A DNA stretch of 64,000 bases from Myxococcota bacterium (GCA_046583195.1 JAYGCV010000023.1:676-64675); one strand, 5' to 3'. Shown: positions 9,794 to 19,308, numbered from the stretch's first letter. Notes: a model not told the origin generated them from the sequence alone. A program made the numbers and translations.

Positions 9794-10426
9794 TCAGCGC
9801 ACGATCACTTCCGGGGAAGCCGTACGGATTCCCGCGCCTTCTCCGAGAAGTGCCAGCACTTCGAGGACGTCGCCGTGAAGCTCGACATGGCGCATCTGCC
9901 GGGCGACCCGCCCGGGCAGAAGACGCGAACGGCGGTCGGCACCAAAGGGCCCGCGCTCCGAAAAGAGCCGCTTCGCATCGATCGCGCGCAGCGCCTCTTC
10001 GTCGGCGGCCTCGGGAATACAGTCCTTGACCCAGCGGCGGACGTCTCCCCGCGAGCGCGACTTCGGCACGCAGCGAAGGATGGCGGTGGGCACGAGGAGG
10101 TAGCTCTCGATATGACGCCGGGGCCAGGTATAAAACTCGATTCCCGGTTCGCCCTGCATGGCTTCCGCGGGCTCCGGCAGGCCATCGCGATCGAGCACGC
10201 AGAGGGCACGCACGACCTCGCCCCCCTCGCGCAAACGTCTGTGCCGATCGACCGCACGCGCGGGTTGTCGCCCGCCGAGGAGAACGGTGTGCCGATCGAC
10301 CACCTTCGCGAGTTGGGGGGATACCCGTCGCGCCCAGCTGCGAACGATGTCCCGATCGCGCGGGCCCTCGAGGTAGAGCGAGAAGCCACCGAGGGCGGGA
10401 GTGTTTCGCTTTCCCGATCTCGCCAT
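9794..10426 (-). CDS. Toprim-like DUF4435-type protein (OLD/AriB-like nuclease domain), stand-alone
   Basis: Ordered motifs LYLEGPRDRDIV (EG..D), ALCVLDRDG (DxD) and RRHIESYLL (IEnYL-like), as in the DUF4435/OLD Toprim fold. Assigned from remembered motifs only. Confidence 0.5.
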   Translation of the reverse strand: MARSGKRNTPALGGFSLYLEGPRDRDIVRSWARRVSPQLAKVVDRHTVLLGGRQPARAVDRHRRLREGGEVVRALCVLDRDGLPEPAEAMQGEPGIEFYTWPRRHIESYLLVPTAILRCVPKSRSRGDVRRWVKDCIPEAADEEALRAIDAKRLFSERGPFGADRRSRLLPGRVARQMRHVELHGDVLEVLALLGEGAGIRTASPEVIVR

Positions 10427-10504
10427 CCGAGCGCCTCCCCTGCACGAGCCTTCGGCGGGCCAAGCCAGCCTCGGGGAAAGGATCGCGGACTGAAGACACC
10501 GATG

Positions 10505-11695
10505 CTACCCGCCAGCGCGCACCAGCACGGCCAGTGCCTCGACGTGAGGCGTCTGCGGGAAGAGGTCGAAACCTTCGAGCGACGCCAACCGATAACCCCG
10601 GTCCATCATCCGGGCGAGATCCCGGGCGAGAGTTGCCGGATCGCAGGAGAGGTAGACGATGCGATCGGCTCCCAGCTTTGAGATGCCATCAGCCACGTCG
10701 CGTTCCAGGCCGGTGCGGGGCGGGTCGACCACGACGCAGTTGGGAGCGTGCGAAGCCAGGCGCTTGATCGCGTCCGCGGCAGGCGATGCCACGACTTCGA
10801 TATTCTCGATGCCCGCGGTGACACAGTTCGCCTCGAGATCCGAGACCGCCCTGCGGTTGGCCTCGACCGCAATCACCTTGTCGAATCGGCGCGACAAGGG
10901 CAGGGTGAAGAAACCCGCCCCCGAATGGAATTCGATCACCAGCCCGGCCTCGCTGCCCTCGGGCGCGGCCGACCTCAACACCGCGCGTACCAAATCCTCG
11001 AAGAAGTACGCATTCCCCTGCACGAAAACACCCGGCGACACCCGGACCCGCTCGCCCAGGGCGTTCACCGTCAGCGTCGGAGTTCGTCGCCAACCCTGCT
11101 CCGGTGCCGAAGGCGCCTCCACCGCGCGCACGACTTTGCCTTCGCCCGCCAAAAGCTCGAACTCGCTCTCGGCACGACGCGCCGAGGAGGTACCCACCAG
11201 TCGGCGCAACTCCGCATCGAGTTCGGGAGCCAGGATCGGGCACGAATCGATCGCGCAGATCTCGTTCGAACCCCTGCTGCGAAAACCCACTCGCGTGCCC
11301 GAGACCATGATGCGTGCGCGCGTTCGATAGCCGTAGGCGCCTCGAGAAGCCCGTACCACCACTTCGTCGGGCGGCAGGAAGCCACCAATTCTCTCGATGG
11401 CATCCCGCAATATCCGGGTCTTGGCCTCGATCTGCGCCGGGTAGTCGATGTGCTGCCAGCTGCAGCCGCCACACTTTCCGAAGACCGCGCAGGGGGGCGC
11501 CACCCGAGCGCTTCCCGCCTCCCGCAACTCGAGGACGCTTGCGCGCGCAAAATTCTTCCCCTGGTGGTCGATTCGCAGGCTCACGCGATCCCCGGGGCAG
11601 GTCTCGCGAACGAAAACCACGCGTCCATCGTCGAGATGTGCGACGCCATCGCCCCCAGCCGCAAGGGACTCGATCACCACCTCCGGCGCAGCCAC
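10505..11695 (-). CDS. TRAM-domain RNA (uracil-5)-methyltransferase, RlmD/RumA/TrmA family
   Basis: N-terminal TRAM-like GDGVAHLDDGRVVFV; Cys cluster CAVFGKCGGCSWQH; SAM-MTase motifs EFHSGAGFFTL, VVVDPPRTGL and YLSCDPATLARDL. Confidence 0.85.
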   Translation of the reverse strand: MAAPEVVIESLAAGGDGVAHLDDGRVVFVRETCPGDRVSLRIDHQGKNFARASVLELREAGSARVAPPCAVFGKCGGCSWQHIDYPAQIEAKTRILRDAIERIGGFLPPDEVVVRASRGAYGYRTRARIMVSGTRVGFRSRGSNEICAIDSCPILAPELDAELRRLVGTSSARRAESEFELLAGEGKVVRAVEAPSAPEQGWRRTPTLTVNALGERVRVSPGVFVQGNAYFFEDLVRAVLRSAAPEGSEAGLVIEFHSGAGFFTLPLSRRFDKVIAVEANRRAVSDLEANCVTAGIENIEVVASPAADAIKRLASHAPNCVVVDPPRTGLERDVADGISKLGADRIVYLSCDPATLARDLARMMDRGYRLASLEGFDLFPQTPHVEALAVLVRAGG

Positions 11696-11703
11696 GCCAG
11701 CGC

Positions 11704-12114
11704 CTACTGTGACGGCCTGGGCAGCGCGTCGAGCCGGAGCACCAGCGTTTCGTCGGGGTTGACCACCCAGTCCCAGAGGTTTTCGGCAATGCCGTATTTG
11801 AGAGCCATGGCGCGATCCACCCGCTGCCTGAAAAGCGGGTCCGCCTGCACGGTCGCGCGCACCGACGAAGTTCCCGCTTCTCTCCGTAGCTCGATCTCGG
11901 AACCCGCCAGCACCCTGGAAACCCAGTCGGCGTCGCGGTTGTTGGCACGCAGGTAGAGAACGCCATCGATTTCGACGATCCAGACGTCGACGTCGGAGAC
12001 CTGTCCGCTCGCGTCCCGGGATTCGAGGTGGGCCACTTCGCCTTCGTCGAGTACGAGGCTCAGAAGAACCGCGCCCACCCCCAGGGCGGCAACAGCGATC
12101 AGCCAGCGGCGCAC
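11704..12114 (-). CDS. Hypothetical membrane-anchored protein
   Basis: The real-looking part of ORF 11704..12417 starts after the stop of the upstream gene. GTG at 12114 gives VRRWLIAVAALGVGAVLLSLV (TM), then VDVWIVEIDGVLYLRANNRDADW... It looks like a distant paralogue of 45366..45989. Confidence 0.5.
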   Translation of the reverse strand: MRRWLIAVAALGVGAVLLSLVLDEGEVAHLESRDASGQVSDVDVWIVEIDGVLYLRANNRDADWVSRVLAGSEIELRREAGTSSVRATVQADPLFRQRVDRAMALKYGIAENLWDWVVNPDETLVLRLDALPRPSQ

Positions 12115-12169
12115 CCTGGGGCGCCTCCGCTCGTGCGTCTTGATCTTCGTGCCCCGCGCACCGGCGATT

Positions 12170-13432
12170 CTATTCCTCGACCGCGGTTTTTTCGGCCCTT
12201 CGACGCACGCGCACGCGGGTGACCCGGGCGCCCGATACATCGAGACATTGCAATTCGTATTCGGAAAGCTCGACAGCCTCGCCCCTGCGCGGAGCGCGCT
12301 CGAGGGTGTTGAAGAGCAGGCCGCCGAGGGTGTCGCCACGCTCGGCGTTGATCTCCCAGCCGCTAGCGCGATTGAAATCGAGAACCGAGACCCGGGCCAG
12401 CACGTCGTAGCTGCCATCGTCGCGCTCGCGTACGTCGTAGAGTTCCTCGGAGTCGAATTCGTCGCGGATCTCGCCGACGATTTCCTCGAGAATGTCTTCC
12501 TGGGTCACGAGACCCTGGGTGACCGCGAATTCGTCCTTCACAATCGCCATGTGGATGAAGCCGCGCTGCATGTCAGCGAGCAGATCGAGGATCCGTTTCC
12601 GCTCGGGTACCCGGATCACCGGCTTGAGAATCGAGCCGAGGTCCTCCTCGCCACTGCGCACGTGGACGATCAGATCCTTCAGGTGGATCACGCCCTTCAC
12701 ATCGTCAATCGACTGCGAGTAGATCGGAACCCGGGTGTATCGGTCTTCGAGAAGTTCCTCGAGTAGTTCCGGCGCGGGGGTTTCGATCGGAAAAGCGCTG
12801 ATCTCCGTCCGCGGCACCATGATCTCGCTCACCGTCATTTCCGCCGCCTCGGAGGTGGCCCCGATGATCGCCATCGGCATGCCTTCGGCGCCGTCGCGTG
12901 CGGCCAGCGCCAGCCGCAGGACCTCTTCGGCCGAGAGCACGTCTTCTTCGATTCCATTTCCGCCGGTCATGCGCCGGATCGCAGGATCGACGATGCGGTC
13001 GATCAAGCCATGCAGGGGCCGCAGTAGTTGATGAAAGAGATAGAGGGGGAGGGCCACAAAGCGCGAGACTCCCAGCGGGTGGCTGGCGGCCAGCGCCTTG
13101 GGAAATATCTCGCAGGCCAACAGGATCACGACGGTCATCGCCGCCGTGGCGATCGGAATACCGCGCTCGGGGCCGAAGAGATCGATCGCGAGGGCCGCCG
13201 CCACGGAAGCGCCGAGAATGTTGGCGACGTTGTTCCCGAGCAGGATCGTCACCAGCAGGCGCGAGGTCGAGGAAAGCAGCGAGCGGACCGCCGCGATGGA
13301 GGGGCCCTTCCCCGCCTTCTCGGCCTCATCGAGGTCGTGCTCGCGAACACGCAGGAGCGCTGTCTCGCTGCTCGAAAAGAATGCCGAGAGCACGAGGCAC
13401 GCCACGAGGATGAGGACGTAGGTGAGAATCAA
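12170..13432 (-). CDS. CNNM/DUF21-CBS-CorC_HlyC family transporter (hemolysin-family protein)
   Basis: DUF21 TM region (LSAFFSSSETALL), a CBS pair (MVPRTEI..., IHMAIVKDEFAVTQGLVTQEDILEEIVGEI) and a CorC/HlyC C-domain. Start uncertain: TTG at 13432 directly precedes TM1; the track start at 13579 would add 49 non-hydrophobic residues. Confidence 0.85.
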   Translation of the reverse strand: MILTYVLILVACLVLSAFFSSSETALLRVREHDLDEAEKAGKGPSIAAVRSLLSSTSRLLVTILLGNNVANILGASVAAALAIDLFGPERGIPIATAAMTVVILLACEIFPKALAASHPLGVSRFVALPLYLFHQLLRPLHGLIDRIVDPAIRRMTGGNGIEEDVLSAEEVLRLALAARDGAEGMPMAIIGATSEAAEMTVSEIMVPRTEISAFPIETPAPELLEELLEDRYTRVPIYSQSIDDVKGVIHLKDLIVHVRSGEEDLGSILKPVIRVPERKRILDLLADMQRGFIHMAIVKDEFAVTQGLVTQEDILEEIVGEIRDEFDSEELYDVRERDDGSYDVLARVSVLDFNRASGWEINAERGDTLGGLLFNTLERAPRRGEAVELSEYELQCLDVSGARVTRVRVRRRAEKTAVEE

Positions 13433-13589
13433 AGGATTCTCTTCCCGGGCGCGCCCAGCCCCTGGTGGCTGGGACGAATCGACTCCGCGGCGGGCGTACG
13501 TGGTCCCAAGGCGGGGGATTCTGGGAAGGATCGTCTCATCGGCTCCACCGAGGCTACCGCGAGCCCCGGAATGCGGCAACGGGAGGGCC

Positions 13590-15482
13590 TCACGGGGCCT
13601 TGAAACCGAGGCGCAGGAGGGCCTCCCGGGCTTCGCCCCCCGCCTGCAGCGCGCGGCGCAGCGCAGTCACGCCCGGGCGGTCCCAGCGCGCCCGCGGAAT
13701 CGCGAAGTCGTAGTGCTCCGCCCGGAGCGGGGCGAAGGCCAACCCGGCCTGCTTCGCCACCGTCTCGATCGTGACCCCCCAATCGGCTCGCTTCTGTTCC
13801 ACCGCCCGGGCCACCGCGAAATGCGAACGCGGCTCGAAGGCATGACCCGGCGGGCGGCGGTCGCCCAGCAGGGAGTCGATCAGGATCCGCGTGCCCGCGC
13901 CGCGGTTGCGATTCACCATCCGCGCCGCGGGGTCCTGCACCACCGTCATCGCCGCCCGTGTCTCGTCCACCCGTGTAACGATCCCCTGCATGCGGCGATA
14001 ACCGGGGAGCAACACGAGATCTTCGCCCAGGAAGGGCGCGTTGTAGGAATCCGTCTCGGGGTCGAGCAGGTGGATTGGCGCTGCGTCGCACTCACCGCGC
14101 TGCGCGGCGGCGAGCCCCGCCTGGCTTCCCACCGCGAGTACCTTGATCTGCAGTCCCTGTCGCGCCAGAACGCTCGCGATGGCATCGAGCCCGATGCAGT
14201 GGCTCCCGATCATGATCAGATCCGCTGGCGAAACTTCTCGCGCCAGCAGGCGCACGTCCACCTCGCAACCGGAATCGACGCGCTCGGTATTGCGCTCGAT
14301 GCGAACGAAACCATCCGCACGACTGAAAGCCGTGACACTCCCGCTCCCCTTGCCCATCGGGTAGGCGACCAGGCCCTCGTCACCCTCCACCAGGCCAACG
14401 AGCAGGTATTCGAGTCGGCCGCGCTCGGAGACCGTGTCCACCGCCAGGCGGGCCCTTGCGAGACCGCGGCGACTCGGCCGGGCGCCCGATAGGCGAAGGA
14501 GTACCGGGGCCACGAATTCGTAGAAGGTGAAGATCGCGGAAGTCGGAAAGCCGGGCAGGATCACCACGGGTTTCTCGCCCGCGGCAGCGAGGCAGATCGG
14601 CTTTCCGGGCTTGAGTGCCACACCGTGCACAATCACACCGGGTTCCAACTCGGCCACCGCGAAGGCGTTGAGGTCGCCTTCACCCTTCGATGTCCCGCCG
14701 GAGAGCAGTACCAGGTCGGCGCCGGCGATGGCCTCGGCGAGAGCGCTTCGCACCGCCCCGAGGTCATCGGGGACGCTCGGGAGTACCCACGCTTCGCCGC
14801 CAAGTTCGGTGACGGCGTCCGCCAGGATTCGGGAGTTGCTGTCGTAGACGAGCCCGGGTCTCAGCTCCTCTCCCGGAGCCCTGATTTCGTCGCCGGTCGA
14901 GAGGATCGCGATGCGGGGGCGTCGCTGGACCCAGACAGTCGCGCAACCGATCGCCGCCAGGACACCCGTCTCCCGCGAGGTGAGCTTCGTACCGGAAAAA
15001 AGAACCACCTCGCCTGCACCAATGTCGGTGCCCGCGAACGAGAGTGCCGCGCCGGGAACGCGAGCCGCGTGCACCATCACCTCACCCGTCACGGGGTCGA
15101 TGTCGGTGATCTCAACCGGAACCACGGCATCGGCGCCGCGGGGAATCATTCCACCCGTGGCGATGACGGTCGCGGTCCCTTGCGCAATTTCGATCTCGGG
15201 ATGGAAGCCGGTGGGGATCGATTCGGCGTTTCGTTTCAGCCGGACGGGCCTCTCTTCGCTGGCACCGAAGGTATCCGCCGCACGAACGGCGAAGCCGTCC
15301 ATATTCGATCGATCGAATCCCGGTACGTCGATTTCCGAGCGCACGTCTCTTGCCAGGACGCGGCCGAGGAGGCAGTCGATCGCAACGCACTCCTCGCCGA
15401 TCGCTTTGGTGTCGATCGCGCGGTGCCAGCGGCGTTCGGCGTCATCGCGGTCGACGACTTCAAGAAATTGTTGCTGTCGCAT
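13590..15482 (-). CDS. moeA: Molybdopterin molybdenum/tungsten transferase MoeA fused to a C-terminal periplasmic-binding-protein-like domain
   Basis: MoeA N/central/C domains (FDRSNMDGFAVRA, ATGGMIPRGADAVV, ILSTGDE, LLSGGTSKGEGD, GFPTSA), followed by a ~220 aa PBP-like domain (LIMIGSHCIGLD...NRNRGAGTR...). Confidence 0.85.
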   Translation of the reverse strand: MRQQQFLEVVDRDDAERRWHRAIDTKAIGEECVAIDCLLGRVLARDVRSEIDVPGFDRSNMDGFAVRAADTFGASEERPVRLKRNAESIPTGFHPEIEIAQGTATVIATGGMIPRGADAVVPVEITDIDPVTGEVMVHAARVPGAALSFAGTDIGAGEVVLFSGTKLTSRETGVLAAIGCATVWVQRRPRIAILSTGDEIRAPGEELRPGLVYDSNSRILADAVTELGGEAWVLPSVPDDLGAVRSALAEAIAGADLVLLSGGTSKGEGDLNAFAVAELEPGVIVHGVALKPGKPICLAAAGEKPVVILPGFPTSAIFTFYEFVAPVLLRLSGARPSRRGLARARLAVDTVSERGRLEYLLVGLVEGDEGLVAYPMGKGSGSVTAFSRADGFVRIERNTERVDSGCEVDVRLLAREVSPADLIMIGSHCIGLDAIASVLARQGLQIKVLAVGSQAGLAAAQRGECDAAPIHLLDPETDSYNAPFLGEDLVLLPGYRRMQGIVTRVDETRAAMTVVQDPAARMVNRNRGAGTRILIDSLLGDRRPPGHAFEPRSHFAVARAVEQKRADWGVTIETVAKQAGLAFAPLRAEHYDFAIPRARWDRPGVTALRRALQAGGEAREALLRLGFKAP

Positions 15483-15549
15483 GGGCTGGATTCGCGTCCT
15501 GTCCCCGGGCGACGCGGCAACGATCCGCTTCGCCTGCTCGGGGACTGCA

Positions 15550-16764
15550 TCAATCGTAGAGCAGGACCTCTACCTCGTTGCCTTCGGGCATCCCCTCCCA
15601 CTCGCGCTTTACGATCACGAAGCCATCCGCCCGAACCGTCGACGAGAGGATCGAAGCACCGGAGGTGCCAATGGGCCTGGCCCCCCCGGCCTCGAGGGCC
15701 ACGCGCACATAGTCCGTCCGGCCCACCGCCGAAGCAATTTTGCGAATCAGCGGGACGCGCAGGCGCCGGTGGGGCCAATCGCGCGAAAGGCCGCCGAGAG
15801 CGCGAATCGTTGGACCCGCGAAGAACTCGTAGGCACACAGGCAACTCACCGGGTTCCCGGGGAGTAGGAAAACGAAGCGCTCTGCGATGCGGCCAAGCCC
15901 GGTGGGGCTCGAAGGGCGCATCGAAACACCGTGGAAATCGAGGGACCCGAGTTCTGCGAGCAGGCCCGGCGCGTGGTCTTCCTGCCCCACGCTGCTTCCA
16001 CCCGAAACGAGCACGACGTCCGCGGCATCGTCCGCCATCGCCTCGCGAATCGCTTCGGGTCGGTCGGGGAGAATTTCGAAGGGGAGGCACTCCCCACCGT
16101 CGCGATCGACCAGGGCGCGCAACACCACCGAATTCGAATCCGCGATCATCGCGCCCTGCGGATCCGGTGCGCTCCCGGCCGGCAGCAATTCGTCTCCCGT
16201 CACCACCAGCGCAACCCGCGGTCGTCGTACGCACTCGACCTTCGCGCAGCCGATCGAGGCCAGAAGCCCCGCGTCCTGGGGGCGCAGCTTGCGGCCCGGC
16301 GAAAGCAGCCGGTCGCCGCTTTCGACGTCTTCGCCGCGCGCCCCCACGTTTTTCTGGGGCGCGACCGCATCGCGCACCTCGACGCGACCCGCTGACTCGG
16401 AGCAGACCTCGGCCATCACCACCGCGTCGGCACCGGTGGGCAGCGGGGCTCCGGTCATGATTCGCACCGCCTGCCCCGGACCGACACTCGCGGGGAAGGG
16501 AACACCCGGCAACGAAACGCCCAACACCTCGAGCGAAATCGGGTCGTATCCGCCCGCCCCAAAAGTGTCCCGGCCGCGGACCGCGAAACCATCCATTGCA
16601 GAGCGCGCAAACCCGGGGACATCGACCTTCGCGACCACGGTTTCTGCCAGGACCCGCCCGGCGGCCGCCAACAGCGGAACCGATTCGCTGGCGAGCGGGA
16701 CCGCGTGCTGCTCGATAAAGGCCAGCACCACCTCTACATCGGTGCGCTGGGAGAATCCCTTCAT
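15550..16764 (-). CDS. moeA: Molybdopterin molybdenum/tungsten transferase MoeA (second copy)
   Basis: MKGFSQRTDVEVVL..., FARSAMDGFAVRG, MTGAPLPTGADAVV, VVTGDEL, VSGGSSVGQEDH, LLPGNPVSCL. Start trimmed to the ATG at 16764. Confidence 0.85.
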   Translation of the reverse strand: MKGFSQRTDVEVVLAFIEQHAVPLASESVPLLAAAGRVLAETVVAKVDVPGFARSAMDGFAVRGRDTFGAGGYDPISLEVLGVSLPGVPFPASVGPGQAVRIMTGAPLPTGADAVVMAEVCSESAGRVEVRDAVAPQKNVGARGEDVESGDRLLSPGRKLRPQDAGLLASIGCAKVECVRRPRVALVVTGDELLPAGSAPDPQGAMIADSNSVVLRALVDRDGGECLPFEILPDRPEAIREAMADDAADVVLVSGGSSVGQEDHAPGLLAELGSLDFHGVSMRPSSPTGLGRIAERFVFLLPGNPVSCLCAYEFFAGPTIRALGGLSRDWPHRRLRVPLIRKIASAVGRTDYVRVALEAGGARPIGTSGASILSSTVRADGFVIVKREWEGMPEGNEVEVLLYD

Positions 16765-16820
16765 CCGAATATCGGAGTTCGCCACCTTCGAAGCAGGGGG
16801 TGCGAGCCCGCAGGCTCGCG

Positions 16821-18560
16821 TCAGCCCGTAGCTTTCAGCTCGAAGAGTTCGTCGCGCGCATCGAATCGCACCTTCGCCGCCGCGATGGTGGCTGCATCGA
16901 CGTCGAACTTGAGTGCGTTGTCCGGCCCGATGCCCTCGTCGACCATGCACGAAGGCAGCACGTCATCCGCTGTCGTGAAGCCCGCCGCCTCGTTGAACTT
17001 CCACTCGTCCTCGAGGCACTCCCATCCGAGGTCTGCGATCTCGTCTCGCGATACCTCGGAGCCGTAGAGCAGGCCGTAGTACTGCCTGATGTCGTCGAGA
17101 CTCGGCTGCAAAAACTGGCAGAACCCGGAGGAGTCGCAGACCGCGTTGACCAGCTGGCTCTCCTGGGAGGCGCGTGCGTACTCTTCGGGCGGCAGGCCCG
17201 GATTTACGATCAAACCCGCCGTGTGATCGGCGCCCATCGCGCTCGTCGCGTAGGTGACCCCCGTCGCCTTCAGCGGCCGCGGGTCCCAGGCGGGGATCGA
17301 TTGCCCGCGCACCGCCGGCACGCGCGCGTGGTTGCGGAGCTTTCCGACGGCCACGGCGCCATTGCCCACGGCAAGCGCCTCCTCGCCGCCTTCGGGAAGC
17401 GTCTTTAGCATCTGCTTCATGGCTTCGGCATCGCCCCACTCCATCGCACCCGAATCCATCAGCACCGCAAGGGCTGCCCCGGTCTCGATGGTGTCGAGGC
17501 CGAGTTCGTCACACAGGCGATCGAGATCCGCGACATCTTCCCAACTCTGCACGGCACAATTCGATCCGAGCAACGCGAGGGTCTCGAACTCAAGCGCCGA
17601 AGTCTTGTAGTTGCCCTCGGCGTCGTGAACGATGTTCGAGCAACTGACGATGCAGCCGGTCATGCAATTGTGCATCCCGCCGCCATACGTCTCGAAACTC
17701 TCGACGATGCGCTTGCCGTCGAGGTTCTCGACGTCCGGGGACTGCCCCTCGGTGCGATTCTTGTAGACGAAGGTGTTGAGAATGTTCGCCACCGGAACCA
17801 CCGAACTGGTGCCAAATTCGAACATCTGCGGCGCGGCGAGATAGGCCTTTGAATAGCCCTTGTTCTGCGCGTTGAAGCCCTTCGAGTCGGCCGCCTGGCG
17901 CGGACGCGCCTTGCCGGGGTCGACCACCACCCACTTCAGCCCCTTCGAGCCCATCACCGCACCGAGTCCACCGCGGGCCGCGTGGCGGGCCGGCCGGCGC
18001 TCCTTGTTCTGATCGGTGCAGGCGACCGACGCCCCCGACAGCTTCATTTCGCCGGCGGGCCCGATGCAGATCACCGAAGCATTCTTGTCGCGACCGGTGA
18101 GCAACTTCTCACAGCACGCGTAATTCCACATCCCCTTGTATTCGTCGGCGGCAACCACCGCAACGCCATCGGCGGAGACTTCGAGCCCGTAACGCTTCTC
18201 CGGGTCCGAGGGCTGCCCCTGTACGATGATCGCGCGGAAGCCCAGCTTCATCAGGTGTTGACCCGGGTTTCCGCCGGCGTTCGCTTCCTTGATGCTTCCG
18301 GTGAGCGGGCTCTTGCCGCCGATCGAGATCCGGCCCGACGTCGGCGCGGTGGTTCCCGACATCACACCCGGTGCCATCACCAGGACGTTGTCGGGACCGA
18401 GCGGGTCACAACTCGGGTCGCAATCGCGCAGCAGGATCTTCGCGGACAGGCTGCGGCCGCCCTGGTACTTCCACTCTTCCGGAAAGTCTTCGATCGCGAC
18501 GCTCTGGTCGCTCATGTTCACGCGAATCACCTTGTCGCCTTCGGGTCCGGGCATCGGCAT
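16821..18560 (-). CDS. aor: Aldehyde:ferredoxin oxidoreductase family (tungstopterin enzyme)
   Basis: KVIRVNMSDQSVAIEDFPEEW...GGRSL, SPLTGSIKEANAGG, a central CxxC-type region (HNCMTGCIVSCS), and C-terminal AMGADHTAG / CDSSGFCQF, typical of AOR. Confidence 0.9.
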   Translation of the reverse strand: MPMPGPEGDKVIRVNMSDQSVAIEDFPEEWKYQGGRSLSAKILLRDCDPSCDPLGPDNVLVMAPGVMSGTTAPTSGRISIGGKSPLTGSIKEANAGGNPGQHLMKLGFRAIIVQGQPSDPEKRYGLEVSADGVAVVAADEYKGMWNYACCEKLLTGRDKNASVICIGPAGEMKLSGASVACTDQNKERRPARHAARGGLGAVMGSKGLKWVVVDPGKARPRQAADSKGFNAQNKGYSKAYLAAPQMFEFGTSSVVPVANILNTFVYKNRTEGQSPDVENLDGKRIVESFETYGGGMHNCMTGCIVSCSNIVHDAEGNYKTSALEFETLALLGSNCAVQSWEDVADLDRLCDELGLDTIETGAALAVLMDSGAMEWGDAEAMKQMLKTLPEGGEEALAVGNGAVAVGKLRNHARVPAVRGQSIPAWDPRPLKATGVTYATSAMGADHTAGLIVNPGLPPEEYARASQESQLVNAVCDSSGFCQFLQPSLDDIRQYYGLLYGSEVSRDEIADLGWECLEDEWKFNEAAGFTTADDVLPSCMVDEGIGPDNALKFDVDAATIAAAKVRFDARDELFELKATG

Positions 18561-18671
18561 CCTCCTACAGATTGCATCTTTCGAATTACAGGGGGGGGCT
18601 TACACCCCGCCTCTGCCAAATCGGTTCCCAACACTAACCCAGTCAACGGGACGTCGGAACGCGAGGCCGCT

Positions 18672-18941
18672 TCAGCCTCCGGCGATCGCAGCCAGCACGT
18701 CGACGCGATCGCCTTCGCCCACCGCCCGGTCGAGCTCGGCGGGAGCGATCTCCTCTTCGTTCACGAAGAGTTTCACGAAGCGATGCAGAGCACCCTGGCC
18801 GTCGAAGACGAGTTCCTGAAAACCAGGGTAGGCCGCCTCGACGGCTTCGATACAGCCGCGCAGGCTCGAGGCCTCGACCTCTACTTCGCTCTCACCCCGG
18901 GTCGCTCCTCGGTAGGCTCCCGGCACGCTCACTGTGGGCAT
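18672..18941 (-). CDS. MoaD/ThiS-family ubiquitin-like sulfur carrier
   Basis: 89 aa, ends in ...GDRVDVLAAIAGG (C-terminal Gly-Gly). First gene of the aor/moeA string. Confidence 0.75.
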   Translation of the reverse strand: MPTVSVPGAYRGATRGESEVEVEASSLRGCIEAVEAAYPGFQELVFDGQGALHRFVKLFVNEEEIAPAELDRAVGEGDRVDVLAAIAGG

Positions 18942-19308
18942 CGACCTTGGCTCCTCGGGTGTCCTCGGGTGCGCGCTGGCAGTCTAGCCCCAGCGGGCTC
19001 CGGGGGCAGCGCAGGCCGCCCCTTCCCTCCAGGGAGGCCTCGGCAATCGACGACCGGAAGGGCCCACGGAGCAGTCTCCTCCGAAAATCGCCCAACTGAC
19101 GTGATTCATATAAAAGAAGGTAGGGAGCCCGGCTCTCCGCGCGAAGATCCTGCAGCGCCAGAAGCCGAGTTTCCCCCTCGGGGGACGCATCGACGCAGTT
19201 TGGGTCCCGCGAGCTAGACTCTTGGAGATCCGTCCAGACACCTGCCCGGGGGCCCCGCCCGCCGCACCGCCCCGAAGACCTTTCCGGGTGGAAATCGGCC
19301 CCACGAAG

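Noticed and set aside
13433-13579. 49-codon N-terminal extension of the CNNM/CorC gene
   Set aside because: DUF21 proteins normally begin at TM1. The extension is hydrophilic and Arg/Gly-rich. I kept it only as an alternative start, because I cannot exclude it.
14625-16460. 611-aa plus-strand ORF and 15236..16234 (-)
   Set aside because: They lie antisense to or out of frame with the two MoeA genes. Sequence is low-complexity and Arg/Pro/Gly-rich.
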